Shown here piece after piece: positions 45,125-53,776 of a stretch of 57,349 nucleotides of DNA. Both the position numbers and the translations under genes were made by a program. Every line of letters begins with the position of its first letter. The first letter of the stretch is position 1. The notes under the pieces are model-generated. The model saw nothing but the letters and a program-made list of their open reading frames with translations. It did no database searches and was not told the DNA's origin. Origin of the DNA: an uncultured Gammaproteobacteria bacterium (GTDB taxonomy: Bacteria > Patescibacteriota > Patescibacteriia > UBA1558 > GWA2-36-10); assembly GCA_964645825.1 (NCBI GenBank), contig CAZXZY010000002.1, forward strand, positions 1-57,349, given 5' to 3'.

Positions 45125-46450
45125 TTAGAGCAATTGAATATCTTCAATTTCTTGCACTTTATTATGCAAAACAATATTTTCAATATGATAAGTACCCATT
45201 TTTGGAGCATCCAAATATCCTTGCATAGCTGATTCTGCCAACCAACCAGAGTCTAGCCAGTCAAAAAGCCATTCATCAACATATTCTGGATCCTGTGAAT
45301 CAATACCAGCACCCAAGGCTTGTAACCAATCTCGATTATAATCTTCTTGTGAGCCAATTGGTGGCGCCATGATGATTGGTAAGCCTAGGCCACTATAAAA
45401 AGTAAGTTCAGATGGTTTAGTCCACAAAATATCTGTCGTTCTCAAGGCTTGATTAAATACTTTGAAATAATTAGTTTTGTTTTCAGCAAAAAGAATATTT
45501 ACATTACTAGCTTTGGATAAACCATTCTTTTTAACAGCTTGTTCAAAAAATGTATAAATATCATTACGCACACCAGCAACTAAATTGATATTAATCCGTC
45601 CAGCTTGAATGTGTTTTTTAAGCACTCGTAATAAAGTAGCACCAATTTCTCTTTGCGCTCCAGCTCCACCAACCGCAAAAGTAATAGTCACGGATTTTGA
45701 TTTGGCTCGTAATTCACTAACTGGACATAAATATTCTCCAATTAAATTTTTGTACTTATGCCGATAAATGCCTTTAGGGTCCAAATTACAAATGCGTCTT
45801 TTAAGATCAGCCTTTAAGACCTTTTGTTGTAAGCCACCAATGTTTTCTTTAGGTAGCGGAAAGCCAGTTACATAAATCTTACTAGCCCGCACTCCATAGA
45901 GCTGTAAACGCTCTTTAACCCGCTTGTTTGGCGCTAAATAGATGATTTTACTATGTCTAGCATCATAAGGTGCCCAGGCGCGAGCTACGTCAGCGTCACA
46001 AACTACACAGTATATTGGTCCTTGATAATTATAGTATTCAGCAAAATAAGCCGGCACAAAAAATGTCGTCACTAGCGGCGCTGGTTTTTTATTTAGGGCA
46101 TTAATCAAGTCTCTTCCTAAGCCTTGTTTAACTTTTTTATAGAAATATCTTTGTTGAGAAGATGTCTTGGATAGATCACGACGCGGATAAAAAGGTTCAA
46201 TTTTTTGAAAATTATCCATGACAGCAAAAGCGATCGTGCCTAAAATAGGCACTTTTTTAAAACGAGAAATCACCTCGTACCACCTACGTCCTTCTTGCCA
46301 TGAACGCTCTTCTTTTTTGGAGATTCCTTTGTATTGATTAGCATTAATCACTCCTCCGGTGCTAACCGAAGCTAAGGGATAAGCTGCTCGTTGATGTCCG
46401 TAACCCATGTCGACTGTAACGACATGCATTTTTTGATTTTTATTTTTCAT
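45125..46450 (-). CDS. GT28 MGDG-synthase/UgtP-like diacylglycerol glycosyltransferase
   Basis: VVTVDMGYGHQRAAYPL (compare UgtP ANYGNGHVQVAKTL), VTGFPLPKE, and WTKPSELTFYSGLGLPIIMAPPIGSQEDYNRDWL (compare ITKPGGITLTEA..PVPGQEKENA). Confidence 0.65.
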   Translation of the reverse strand: MKNKNQKMHVVTVDMGYGHQRAAYPLASVSTGGVINANQYKGISKKEERSWQEGRRWYEVISRFKKVPILGTIAFAVMDNFQKIEPFYPRRDLSKTSSQQRYFYKKVKQGLGRDLINALNKKPAPLVTTFFVPAYFAEYYNYQGPIYCVVCDADVARAWAPYDARHSKIIYLAPNKRVKERLQLYGVRASKIYVTGFPLPKENIGGLQQKVLKADLKRRICNLDPKGIYRHKYKNLIGEYLCPVSELRAKSKSVTITFAVGGAGAQREIGATLLRVLKKHIQAGRININLVAGVRNDIYTFFEQAVKKNGLSKASNVNILFAENKTNYFKVFNQALRTTDILWTKPSELTFYSGLGLPIIMAPPIGSQEDYNRDWLQALGAGIDSQDPEYVDEWLFDWLDSGWLAESAMQGYLDAPKMGTYHIENIVLHNKVQEIEDIQLL

Positions 46451-46454
46451 AAAA

Positions 46455-46535
46455 CTAACGATAGCGAATATTCGCTATTTCTTTATTGCGCTTGCGACGA
46501 TGTTTTTTGAGCGCAATTTTTCTTTTTTTATTCAT
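46455..46535 (-). CDS. 26-aa highly basic sORF (MNKKRKIALKKHRRKRNKEIANIRYR), absent from the ORF track
   Basis: Very strong SD AAGGAGGAGGG directly before the ATG. The stop lies 4 nt before the UgtP-like start. Contains the palindrome ATAGCGAATATTCGCTAT (46461-78). Confidence 0.45.
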   Translation of the reverse strand: MNKKRKIALKKHRRKRNKEIANIRYR

Positions 46536-46561
46536 CCCTCCTCCTTTATTAACTTATCTTT

Positions 46562-46570
46562 ATTATAGCA
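46562..46570 (-). promoter_or_regulatory. Extended -10 promoter element for the sORF/UgtP-like/OLD operon
   Basis: Minus strand reads TGCTATAAT (TGnTATAAT consensus) about 25 nt upstream of the sORF SD. Confidence 0.5.
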
Positions 46571-46574
46571 TAAA

Positions 46575-46760
46575 TTAACGTCTCGAGATATTAATAAATT
46601 TTATGATCAAAGCAAATAATAATAAAAAATAAAAACAATACTCTAAATTAATAAAACGATGGACTGTGCCAGGACGGATAAATTCTAATAACAACAAAAA
46701 TAACCACAAAAACAAACTAGTGCGAAATAAATCTTGTAATATTTTTCTAAAAATTGTCAT
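46575..46760 (-). CDS. Small 2-TM membrane protein, unknown function
   Basis: 61-aa hydrophobic ORF that overlaps the upstream gene by 14 nt. Confidence 0.35.
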   Translation of the reverse strand: MTIFRKILQDLFRTSLFLWLFLLLLEFIRPGTVHRFINLEYCFYFLLLFALIIKFINISRR

Positions 46761-47247
46761 TGTTTAGAATTAATTTCAAATTTTTTATCTTTACTTCGTC
46801 TTGGTTATTTAAATTTGGCAAAGAAAAAATAAGCTGCATTTTTTTACGTTGTAAATAAACGTCAGCTAAATAAAAATTAACAGAAAAATTTTCACTAGCT
46901 ATTTTTTTCCATTGCCAAGTGCCGTCCATTTGCTTTAAACCTAAATCTAAAATTTGCTCACCCAAAACTAAGTCTCCCGTTACTGTAAGATCTGTAAAAT
47001 TCCCTGGTAAATAAGCTTGCAAATATAGTGGCTCAGCCAAAACATTGAGCTGACCATCATACAGAACTCTAGTCTGAGGATATGGCCCCTCAATCTCAGT
47101 CGTCATGGCTCGACTTAAATCAATTTGATAAATGATTTGTTGAGTATTAATCACATTTTTATTGATAATAAAAACAATCGCAGCTATTGCTAATAGCAGC
47201 CATAAATAACGAAAAAAGAGAACTAAATATTTATCATCCCAAGTCAT
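46747..47247 (-). CDS. Membrane-anchored hypothetical protein
   Basis: N-terminal TM helix YLWLLLAIAAIVFII followed by a soluble domain. No recognisable family. Confidence 0.45.
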   Translation of the reverse strand: MTWDDKYLVLFFRYLWLLLAIAAIVFIINKNVINTQQIIYQIDLSRAMTTEIEGPYPQTRVLYDGQLNVLAEPLYLQAYLPGNFTDLTVTGDLVLGEQILDLGLKQMDGTWQWKKIASENFSVNFYLADVYLQRKKMQLIFSLPNLNNQDEVKIKNLKLILNNDNF

Positions 47248-47292
47248 ATACTTATTTTAACAAAAAACTCAAATTGTGTTAAACTGAGAGCG

Positions 47293-49401
47293 ATGATTAC
47301 TCTTGATAGAAGACAACATTTAGGCTTACAGGCCTTGTCCTTAGTCTTAATAATAGCCAACTGGCAATTCCTGCATTGGCCGCTTTTAGGTATCATAACC
47401 AGTATAATATTTTTTGCTTTAAATAGTAAAAAATTAGGTGACTTATTATTTGAACAAATTTCTACTAGCTTCCGTAATGTTCTTGGTTTACTGACAATAC
47501 TATTATATTTAAGCATTATTTACACTCTATTTTATCAAGTTTGGCAGATTAATGACGTTACTTTTTTATGCTCACTGATTAGTATACCACTTATTATTGA
47601 ATTTTGGTCTTGGCGTTTAAATAAACGACATTATTTCTTTGCATCTTTAGATATACCAAATATTCGTTTGGCTAATATCAAAAATATCATCATCCCAATC
47701 GCTTTTTTTATTACTGAAATATTGACTCTGATCTTATTAGTTAGACGAGCAAGTACTGATATTATTCGCTCCCCCTGGGAATTGTTAGGCTATAAATTTT
47801 GGACGCTCGTTATCATCTCTAGTATTTTACTTGTCATATACATATTCCAAAACAAAAAATTACGAGCAAGCTTGTTTATGACTAGCCTGCATTTTTTTGT
47901 ATTATCTAGTATTACTTGGCTAGTTTACCCCTTGGGCTTTGGCTATGACCCATTTTTGCATCAAGCTGCGATGAACGTCATCCAAGACACTGGCACTATT
48001 CAGCCCCGCCTTTTATTATACTTGGGCCAATATGCCTGGACCTTCTTTTTGAGCTCTTCTTGGCAAATATCTATTGTTAGTATTAATAAACTAATATTAC
48101 CAATTGCTTTTAGTATTTTGTGGCCACATAGTCTGTATTATGGCCTAAGAAAAGGATTTCGCTGGCCTAATAAAATTAGTTTATTAGTTGTATTATTAAG
48201 TCTGTTTATTGGATTTAATTTTGCTATCATGACCACACCACAAAATTTAGCCTTTTTACTAGTAGCTATTTTTATCTTTTTATTACCCATTATAAAAAAA
48301 CATAAACAATGTCTATATTTTGGCTGGATAATTGGCTTGGGTACTTTGGCCATCCATCCTTTGGGAGGCATACCTATTTTATATATGACGCTACTAATGT
48401 CTATCCGCTATTGGAAGATAAACAAAAAGTATAAAAAATATATTTCTGCTGTCACTATATTCTTATCTGGCATTAGCATCCCGACTGCCTTAATAATTTA
48501 TCAAAAATTATCTGGTCAAGTTTGGTCACAAATTTTTACTTGGTATCCTTGGCCTTTAGTCGATTGGCACTGGTCAAAACTAATTTATAGCTACAATTTT
48601 CCACTAGACCTACTGCACAATATTTGGAACAATCAAGCCTTCATCTTTAGCTTTGTTGTCTTGATTGGCTGGATAATCATTGTCAGAAAACATAAATATT
48701 TATTTTTTGATAAACACTGGATATTTCTGGCTTTGTTGTTAAGTAATTACATTTTGTCTCGTTTATTTATTTCTTTTTCTGAGCAAATAGACTATGAACA
48801 AAATTCTTATTTAATCAGGATCATTTACTTGGTTGGCTTGAGTGCCTTGCCAATATTTTTGACTACTTGGTATTTTTGGTGGCATGATTTTGTAGAAAAA
48901 AGAAAAAACCTTAGCCACAAAGTATGGCTGACTGTCATTATTGTATTAATCATGGCTACTAGTACTTACTTTAGTTATCCAACTTATGATCGCCATACAA
49001 ATAGTAAAAGTTTTAATATTACTCAAACTGATCTAGAAACCGTACAACTGATAGAGCAACTAGCAGCTGACCAACCATATATCGTATTAGCTAATCAAAT
49101 GGTCGGTGCAGCCGCTATTAATACCTATGGTTTTGCACATTACTACAATGATAATTTTTATTATTCCATGCCTCTGGGCAACGGCAATATTTATCAAAAC
49201 TATCTTAACATGATAGAAAAACAAGCTAGTGTTGAAGAGGCTGTTGCTGCTATGAAAAAAGCAGGAGTTAAAAAATTATATTTTGTGGTCAATCATTATT
49301 GGCACTCAGCAAAACAAGCTATAAGCCAAGCCAAAGAAACTACTGATGATTACTTTGTAGTCGATCAAGATAAAAACTATGTCTTTGTTTATAATTTATA
49401 A
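47293..49401 (+). CDS. Very large polytopic membrane protein with C-terminal soluble domain, possibly GT-C-like
   Basis: 702 aa with at least 14 hydrophobic segments. Loop motif YPLGFGYDPFLHQAAMN. The last ~140 aa are hydrophilic. Confidence 0.4.
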   Translation: MITLDRRQHLGLQALSLVLIIANWQFLHWPLLGIITSIIFFALNSKKLGDLLFEQISTSFRNVLGLLTILLYLSIIYTLFYQVWQINDVTFLCSLISIPLIIEFWSWRLNKRHYFFASLDIPNIRLANIKNIIIPIAFFITEILTLILLVRRASTDIIRSPWELLGYKFWTLVIISSILLVIYIFQNKKLRASLFMTSLHFFVLSSITWLVYPLGFGYDPFLHQAAMNVIQDTGTIQPRLLLYLGQYAWTFFLSSSWQISIVSINKLILPIAFSILWPHSLYYGLRKGFRWPNKISLLVVLLSLFIGFNFAIMTTPQNLAFLLVAIFIFLLPIIKKHKQCLYFGWIIGLGTLAIHPLGGIPILYMTLLMSIRYWKINKKYKKYISAVTIFLSGISIPTALIIYQKLSGQVWSQIFTWYPWPLVDWHWSKLIYSYNFPLDLLHNIWNNQAFIFSFVVLIGWIIIVRKHKYLFFDKHWIFLALLLSNYILSRLFISFSEQIDYEQNSYLIRIIYLVGLSALPIFLTTWYFWWHDFVEKRKNLSHKVWLTVIIVLIMATSTYFSYPTYDRHTNSKSFNITQTDLETVQLIEQLAADQPYIVLANQMVGAAAINTYGFAHYYNDNFYYSMPLGNGNIYQNYLNMIEKQASVEEAVAAMKKAGVKKLYFVVNHYWHSAKQAISQAKETTDDYFVVDQDKNYVFVYNL

Positions 49402-49421
49402 TACTAATTTAGACTAAAAAT

Positions 49422-49447
49422 AAAAAGCTCCCAAATGGGAGCTTTTT
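49422..49447. terminator. Bidirectional intrinsic terminator
   Basis: AAAAAGCTCCC-AAAT-GGGAGCTTTTT. Confidence 0.8.
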
Positions 49448-49469
49448 ATGTTGTTAAATTTACAACAGT

Positions 49470-49751
49470 TTACATCACAGCTTCTTTAGCTGCCTTAGCT
49501 ACGCGGAATTTCACTACAGTTTTTGCAGGAATATGAATCGACTCTCCAGTAGCTGGATTACGACCTTCACGTGCTTTACGATTAACCTTTACTAACTTAC
49601 CCAAACCTGGTAAGGAAAACTCTCCGTTGTTAACAACTTCTTTGTAGGCCATTGCTGTCCACACTTCTAAGAAGTTCTTTACGTCTTTTTTGCTTAATTC
49701 TGTAGCTTCTGATAGAGCATTAAGCATCTCTGTTTTTGTCATTTTTGCCAT
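49470..49751 (-). CDS. hup: HU family DNA-binding protein
   Basis: MTKTEMLNALSEATELSKKDVKNFLE ... GRNPATGESIHIPAKTVVKFR. Confidence 0.92.
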   Translation of the reverse strand: MAKMTKTEMLNALSEATELSKKDVKNFLEVWTAMAYKEVVNNGEFSLPGLGKLVKVNRKAREGRNPATGESIHIPAKTVVKFRVAKAAKEAVM

Positions 49752-49792
49752 ATTGTTTGACTTAATTTATTAATTATTAAGTTTACTCTAGC

Positions 49793-49821
49793 ATATTAAC
49801 ACATATATTTAATTTTGTGAA
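49793..49821 (-). promoter_or_regulatory. Candidate hup promoter (extended -10)
   Basis: Minus strand reads TTCACA, a 17-nt spacer ending in TGT, then TAATAT. An alternative TTGACT-18-TATGAT lies at 49846-49875. Confidence 0.45.
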
Positions 49822-49885
49822 CATTTACTAAGGAAAATAGACCAAATCATATGCACAGTTAAAAATTAAAGTCAAGAAAAAGCTT

Positions 49886-50893
49886 CTATTTGTTGACTTT
49901 TTTAAAAAATCCTAGTTTAGCTCGATCTCGATATTGTGGCTTATATAAGCCTAAAAAATCAATAATCCCTTGTGGTGACAAATCATATCCTGTAACTTCT
50001 ACTGTCTTTTTTCCATCCAATAAAGCTGTAGCCATAACTGGTTCCTTGTGGCCAATAGCATAAGCTAATTTAACAATAACTTCTTTTGCTTGGTATTTTT
50101 TTAAATACTCTATGGCCAAAAATCTAGCCATATAAGCTGCTGATCGATCAACTTTTGAAGGATCTTTACCAGAAAAAGCTCCACCACCGACAGGCACTTG
50201 TGGACCATAATTGTCTATGGTTATTTTACGTCCAGTCAATCCAGTGTCAGCTGTAAAACCGCCAACAACAAAAATTCCAGTTGGATTAATATGAACTTCT
50301 TCATAGTTAGGAATTATTGGATCAATTACCTCTTTAATAATCAATTTGCGCAAAACATCTTGATTAATATTTTTTGAATGCTGAGTAGATAAAACAACAG
50401 TCTTTACTTTGTCATTTTCTAAAGTGACTTGTGCCTTGCCATCTGGACCTAAAAATTGTGATAATTGATTATCCTTATCAGCTCTTACTTTTTCTAAACG
50501 ACGAATAAGCTTGGCAGCTAAAACATGCTCAAGCGGTAAAAGCTCTTTGGTCTCTGTTGTAGCATAACCAATCATAATACCTTGATCACCAGCGCCACCA
50601 ATATCAACTCCTTGAGCAATGTCTGGACTCTGATGAACCAAATTTACCGAAATATCAAGTTCGTCACTATAACCAATCTCTTGATAAACTTGCCTGGCAA
50701 TTTTAGCAACATCTATTTTGGCTGTGGTGGTCAACTCACCTATAATAAATAATTTTCCATGCCCACCTACAGTTTCCACAGCTACACGACTATTTAGATC
50801 TTGTCGCAAACACTCATCTAAAATAGCATCTGATATTTGATCACAAACTTTATCTGGGTGTCCCCAAGTCACATTCTCTGCTGTTTTTAACAT
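49886..50893 (-). CDS. metK: S-adenosylmethionine synthetase (short, 335 aa)
   Basis: GHPDKVCDQISDAILD ... GAGDQGIMIGYA ... GGGAFSGKDPSKVDRSAAYMAR. Confidence 0.92.
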   Translation of the reverse strand: MLKTAENVTWGHPDKVCDQISDAILDECLRQDLNSRVAVETVGGHGKLFIIGELTTTAKIDVAKIARQVYQEIGYSDELDISVNLVHQSPDIAQGVDIGGAGDQGIMIGYATTETKELLPLEHVLAAKLIRRLEKVRADKDNQLSQFLGPDGKAQVTLENDKVKTVVLSTQHSKNINQDVLRKLIIKEVIDPIIPNYEEVHINPTGIFVVGGFTADTGLTGRKITIDNYGPQVPVGGGAFSGKDPSKVDRSAAYMARFLAIEYLKKYQAKEVIVKLAYAIGHKEPVMATALLDGKKTVEVTGYDLSPQGIIDFLGLYKPQYRDRAKLGFFKKVNK

Positions 50894-50910
50894 AAATTTT
50901 CTTTAAAAAT

Positions 50911-51048
50911 TAAAAAATCTTTCCCCAATGGAGAAAGCTAATGTGACTAAATATTATCTTCCCCGCGGGGTTGGACTTAGCACCTTGTCTAATAGATAGG
51001 TTGCTGGCGGATCAACAAGCCAATTCTCTCCCCGCACTCTTGATAATT
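50911..51048 (-). promoter_or_regulatory. SAM-I (S-box) riboswitch with terminator expression platform
   Basis: Minus strand reads UUAUCAAGAGUGCGGGGAGAGAAUUGGC...CCGCCAGCAACC...GGUGCUAAGUCCAACCCCGCGGGGAAGAUAA. It matches the S-box core (P1 UUAUC/GAUAA, AAGAG, GCAACC, GGUGCUAA.UCC). Next comes CTTTCTCC-ATT-GGGGAAAG-ATTTTTT (50937-50911). Confidence 0.85.
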
Positions 51049-51067
51049 ATTATTCAATTGTTTGATT

Positions 51068-51096
51068 ATTATAAACTAATTTTTTAAATAAAGCAA
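51068..51096 (-). promoter_or_regulatory. metK/riboswitch promoter
   Basis: Minus strand reads TTGCTT (51096-91), 17-nt spacer, TATAAT (51073-68). Confidence 0.6.
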
Positions 51097-51120
51097 AAGC
51101 ACCCCGTACTACGAGGTGCT
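51088..51120 (-). terminator. Intrinsic terminator of the FN3-repeat gene
   Basis: Minus strand reads AGCACCtCGTA-G-TACGgGGTGCT followed by TTTTGCTTT. Confidence 0.65.
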
Positions 51121-51134
51121 TTAATACATATTAT

Positions 51135-52706
51135 TTAACGCATAGTAGTTCCCGTATGATAAGCATCCAAATGGGTATTACTTAATTCTACGATGTCGCT
51201 CCAGTTATACCCATTATTTTCAAAAACTGAAGGAGAGGCAATGGGACGCTTCATACCACTTTCTAACAAATAAACAGTCGAACCATCAATAGCTTTTACT
51301 AAACTAACATCATTATAAGAGGTTAATTCCTCAGTATCGATAGCAACTACCTTATCCCAACTATTAGACGCATATGATCCAAAAACACTAGGAGATGGAA
51401 TATCAATCTTTAACCAACGCGCATCACCTTTTTTGGCTAAGTAATAGATTTTATCAGTTGTCGGATCTTTAACTAAATTAACTTCTGATAAATTACTCAA
51501 AAAAGATGAACTAACTTCTTGAACATTACGCCAAGAATATCCATAACGTTTAAAAACTTCCGAATTGGCAATGTAATGTTTTTGATTATTAACTACGGCA
51601 TAAACCTTTTCACTAGCTACGTCTTTATATAAAGCACTAGCCTGGGTAAACAATCGTCTCAGGGCACTCAGTGATCTAAAAATAACACCATCGTTAGAGC
51701 TGGCTTGCTGTAAATTATCTGGCATAGCTTTAGTTACAAAACTATAAATATTTGACTTAGCCCTATCTTTAAAGATATCTCTAGTATCAACACGGAAATA
51801 ATAACGTGTACCTGGTTTTAAATTAGTCAAACGTAGTGTTTGATCCAAGCTTTTCCAGTCTTGTTCTGGATAAGCACGTTTATACAAGCGAGTAGACTCG
51901 GTACCATACTTGACTACACCATCAGCTAATTTATTATTACGCCAAGAAATAGTAGCGGCAGTATAAGAAATATCTTGATCATTATCATCAACTGGTTTAA
52001 TACGCGTAATGTCTAACAACATATCATCAGGCTCAGTATCCACATGAGTTTTAAAATCTCCAAATTTAGATCTTTTGTTTCCGTATTCATCAACAGCTTC
52101 AATTTTATAATAATAAACCGTATTAGGAGTTAAGCTTTTTACAGTATATTCAAATGAAGTTCTGCGACTACCAATTCTTTTGCTTTTACCAAAATCTTGA
52201 GTGGTGCCATAGTAAATTCTACTAGTGGCTTTTTCATCGGTAGTAAAATGAATAGTAGCTGTATTACCAGTAACATAAGCTACGCTAAAATCTTCAATCT
52301 CTGGTTTTTCACCATCATTAAAATCAGAAGTATCAACAATAATATCGAAACTGGAAACAGTTTGACCATTGGCACTAGATGTTACTTTAAAATGATAAGT
52401 TTCTTCTGACAATAAGTTTGATAAGGTAAGTTCATGTAATCTATCATTGGCATTGTTATTATAGACATAAGTACCATATTCAGAACTTAAACCATAATCA
52501 ACTCTAGAGCTAGATCTGATATTAGTACTCCAAGTGACAATCGCACTACCATTTTCAATCTCAATATCAACATTACTAATCTGTAAATCCTCGGTAGCTA
52601 AAGCTTGAAATGGCAAAAATAGACCTAAACTGGTCAATAAAGCTAGTTTGGCAATCATTTGGGTAAAAACTAATTTTCTGCTAATATTAGCAATTTTCTT
52701 AAACAT
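51135..52706 (-). CDS. Secreted/surface protein with three FN3-like (purple-acid-phosphatase-N-like) domains and repeated C-terminal modules
   Basis: Signal/anchor LALLTSLGLFLPFQALA. FN3-like GSAIVTWSTN..SRVDYG, NTATIHFTTD..SRIYYG and TAATISWRNN..GVVKYG. C-terminal repeats F(K/E)..GY.W..(V/I).E(V/L)S. Confidence 0.55.
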   Translation of the reverse strand: MFKKIANISRKLVFTQMIAKLALLTSLGLFLPFQALATEDLQISNVDIEIENGSAIVTWSTNIRSSSRVDYGLSSEYGTYVYNNNANDRLHELTLSNLLSEETYHFKVTSSANGQTVSSFDIIVDTSDFNDGEKPEIEDFSVAYVTGNTATIHFTTDEKATSRIYYGTTQDFGKSKRIGSRRTSFEYTVKSLTPNTVYYYKIEAVDEYGNKRSKFGDFKTHVDTEPDDMLLDITRIKPVDDNDQDISYTAATISWRNNKLADGVVKYGTESTRLYKRAYPEQDWKSLDQTLRLTNLKPGTRYYFRVDTRDIFKDRAKSNIYSFVTKAMPDNLQQASSNDGVIFRSLSALRRLFTQASALYKDVASEKVYAVVNNQKHYIANSEVFKRYGYSWRNVQEVSSSFLSNLSEVNLVKDPTTDKIYYLAKKGDARWLKIDIPSPSVFGSYASNSWDKVVAIDTEELTSYNDVSLVKAIDGSTVYLLESGMKRPIASPSVFENNGYNWSDIVELSNTHLDAYHTGTTMR

Positions 52707-52835
52707 ATAATTTAATTAATGCTTTATTTAATATAGCATTATACTACAAAAATAGAATTTTGTCAAGAATATTATTTACAATGCTCACTCACCTCAAAAA
52801 TAGCATATTTTCTGTTTTTTATCTATAATACTAGT

Positions 52836-53474
52836 ATGCCTCGCGCAAAATTAATAAAATTCGCTGCTCTAGATAAACTATCCAACGTGGGACAGGTATC
52901 TTTGGATAATATTCAAGAAAAATTAGATGCTTTTGTTAACCCTGAAAAATGTTTAATTTTAGAACTAGGTTGTGGCAAAGGCGAATACACCTTAGCTTTA
53001 GCTGAGCAATTTCCAAATAGCCAATTTATTGGCGTCGATATCCAAGGAGAAAGATTACTACCTCCAGCAAAATTTGCTGTGGAAAACAAATTAGACAATG
53101 TCTTATTTTTAAGATTTCAAATAGAAAATATTCTAGAATACTTTACTAAGCATACTGTATCAGAAATTTGGTTAACTTTTCCTGATCCACGACCAAAAAA
53201 GAAAGATATTAAAAAAAGACTGACCTCTCCCCGCTTTCTAAATCTCTATAAAAAAATATTAGAACCTGACGGCCTTATTCATTTAAAAACTGATGACAAA
53301 ACTTTATTTGAATATAGTCTAAAAATAATCGATGAAGAAGATGGTAATATTTTGGAAAGTCATAGTGGCATAGAAGAGCAACTAGAAAATAACCCAACTT
53401 TGAAAATCCAAACAACATATGAAAAAAAACAAATAGCTGGTAACACTATTTATTATATAAGGTTTCAACTATAA
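52836..53474 (+). CDS. trmB: tRNA (guanine-N7)-methyltransferase
   Basis: LELGCGKGEYTLALAEQFPNSQFIGVDI ... LTFPDPRPKKK..KRL. Confidence 0.9.
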   Translation: MPRAKLIKFAALDKLSNVGQVSLDNIQEKLDAFVNPEKCLILELGCGKGEYTLALAEQFPNSQFIGVDIQGERLLPPAKFAVENKLDNVLFLRFQIENILEYFTKHTVSEIWLTFPDPRPKKKDIKKRLTSPRFLNLYKKILEPDGLIHLKTDDKTLFEYSLKIIDEEDGNILESHSGIEEQLENNPTLKIQTTYEKKQIAGNTIYYIRFQL

Positions 53475-53500
53475 AACTCTCGGCTGACCGAGAGTTTTTT
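53473..53500. terminator. Bidirectional intrinsic terminator
   Basis: AAAACTCTCGG-CTGA-CCGAGAGTTTTTT. Confidence 0.8.
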
Positions 53501-53550
53501 GTTTAGTGGCTAAGAGGCTTGTCAGTGAATAGATAATCTTTTAACTCTTT

Positions 53551-53769
53551 TTAAAAAACCGCATCATTTCGACGAAGCCATTCAATCAACATCGCTGCGT
53601 GTTCTTTTTCTTCATCTCTATTGTGCTCTAAGACTGCTTTGAGCTCTTTGTCTCCTGTCACATCAGCTCGTTGTTGATATAAATCTATTGCGTCTAATTC
53701 TTCTCGCAAAGATATAATTGCCTTGTGCTGATCCAAAGTAAATTTGGACATCTTACTTACATCTAACAT
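53551..53769 (-). CDS. Encapsulated-ferritin (EncFtn)-like ferritin-like protein, 72 aa, without targeting tail
   Basis: SLREELDAIDLYQQRADVTGDKELKAVLEHNRDEEKEHAAMLIEWLRRND matches my recollection of the EncFtn core (EELEAxDxYxQR ... HNRDEEKEHAAM..EWLRR). Confidence 0.6.
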   Translation of the reverse strand: MLDVSKMSKFTLDQHKAIISLREELDAIDLYQQRADVTGDKELKAVLEHNRDEEKEHAAMLIEWLRRNDAVF

Positions 53770-53776
53770 ATTTTAT

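Noticed and set aside
47244-47516. 90-aa minus-strand ORF.
   Set aside because: It overlaps the start of the 702-aa plus-strand membrane protein and the divergent promoter region. Its composition is low-complexity and there is no SD.
52801-52838. Possible leaderless trmB mRNA: TATAAT at 52824-29 sits 6 nt before the ATG and there is no SD. Similar geometry occurs at the ldt start (TATACT-taaaat-ATG near 54527-54545, minus strand).
   Set aside because: The matching -35 regions are poor (TAGCAT and nothing convincing), and AT-rich DNA produces TATAAT-like hexamers by chance. It is worth a TSS-mapping check but not supportable as a feature.
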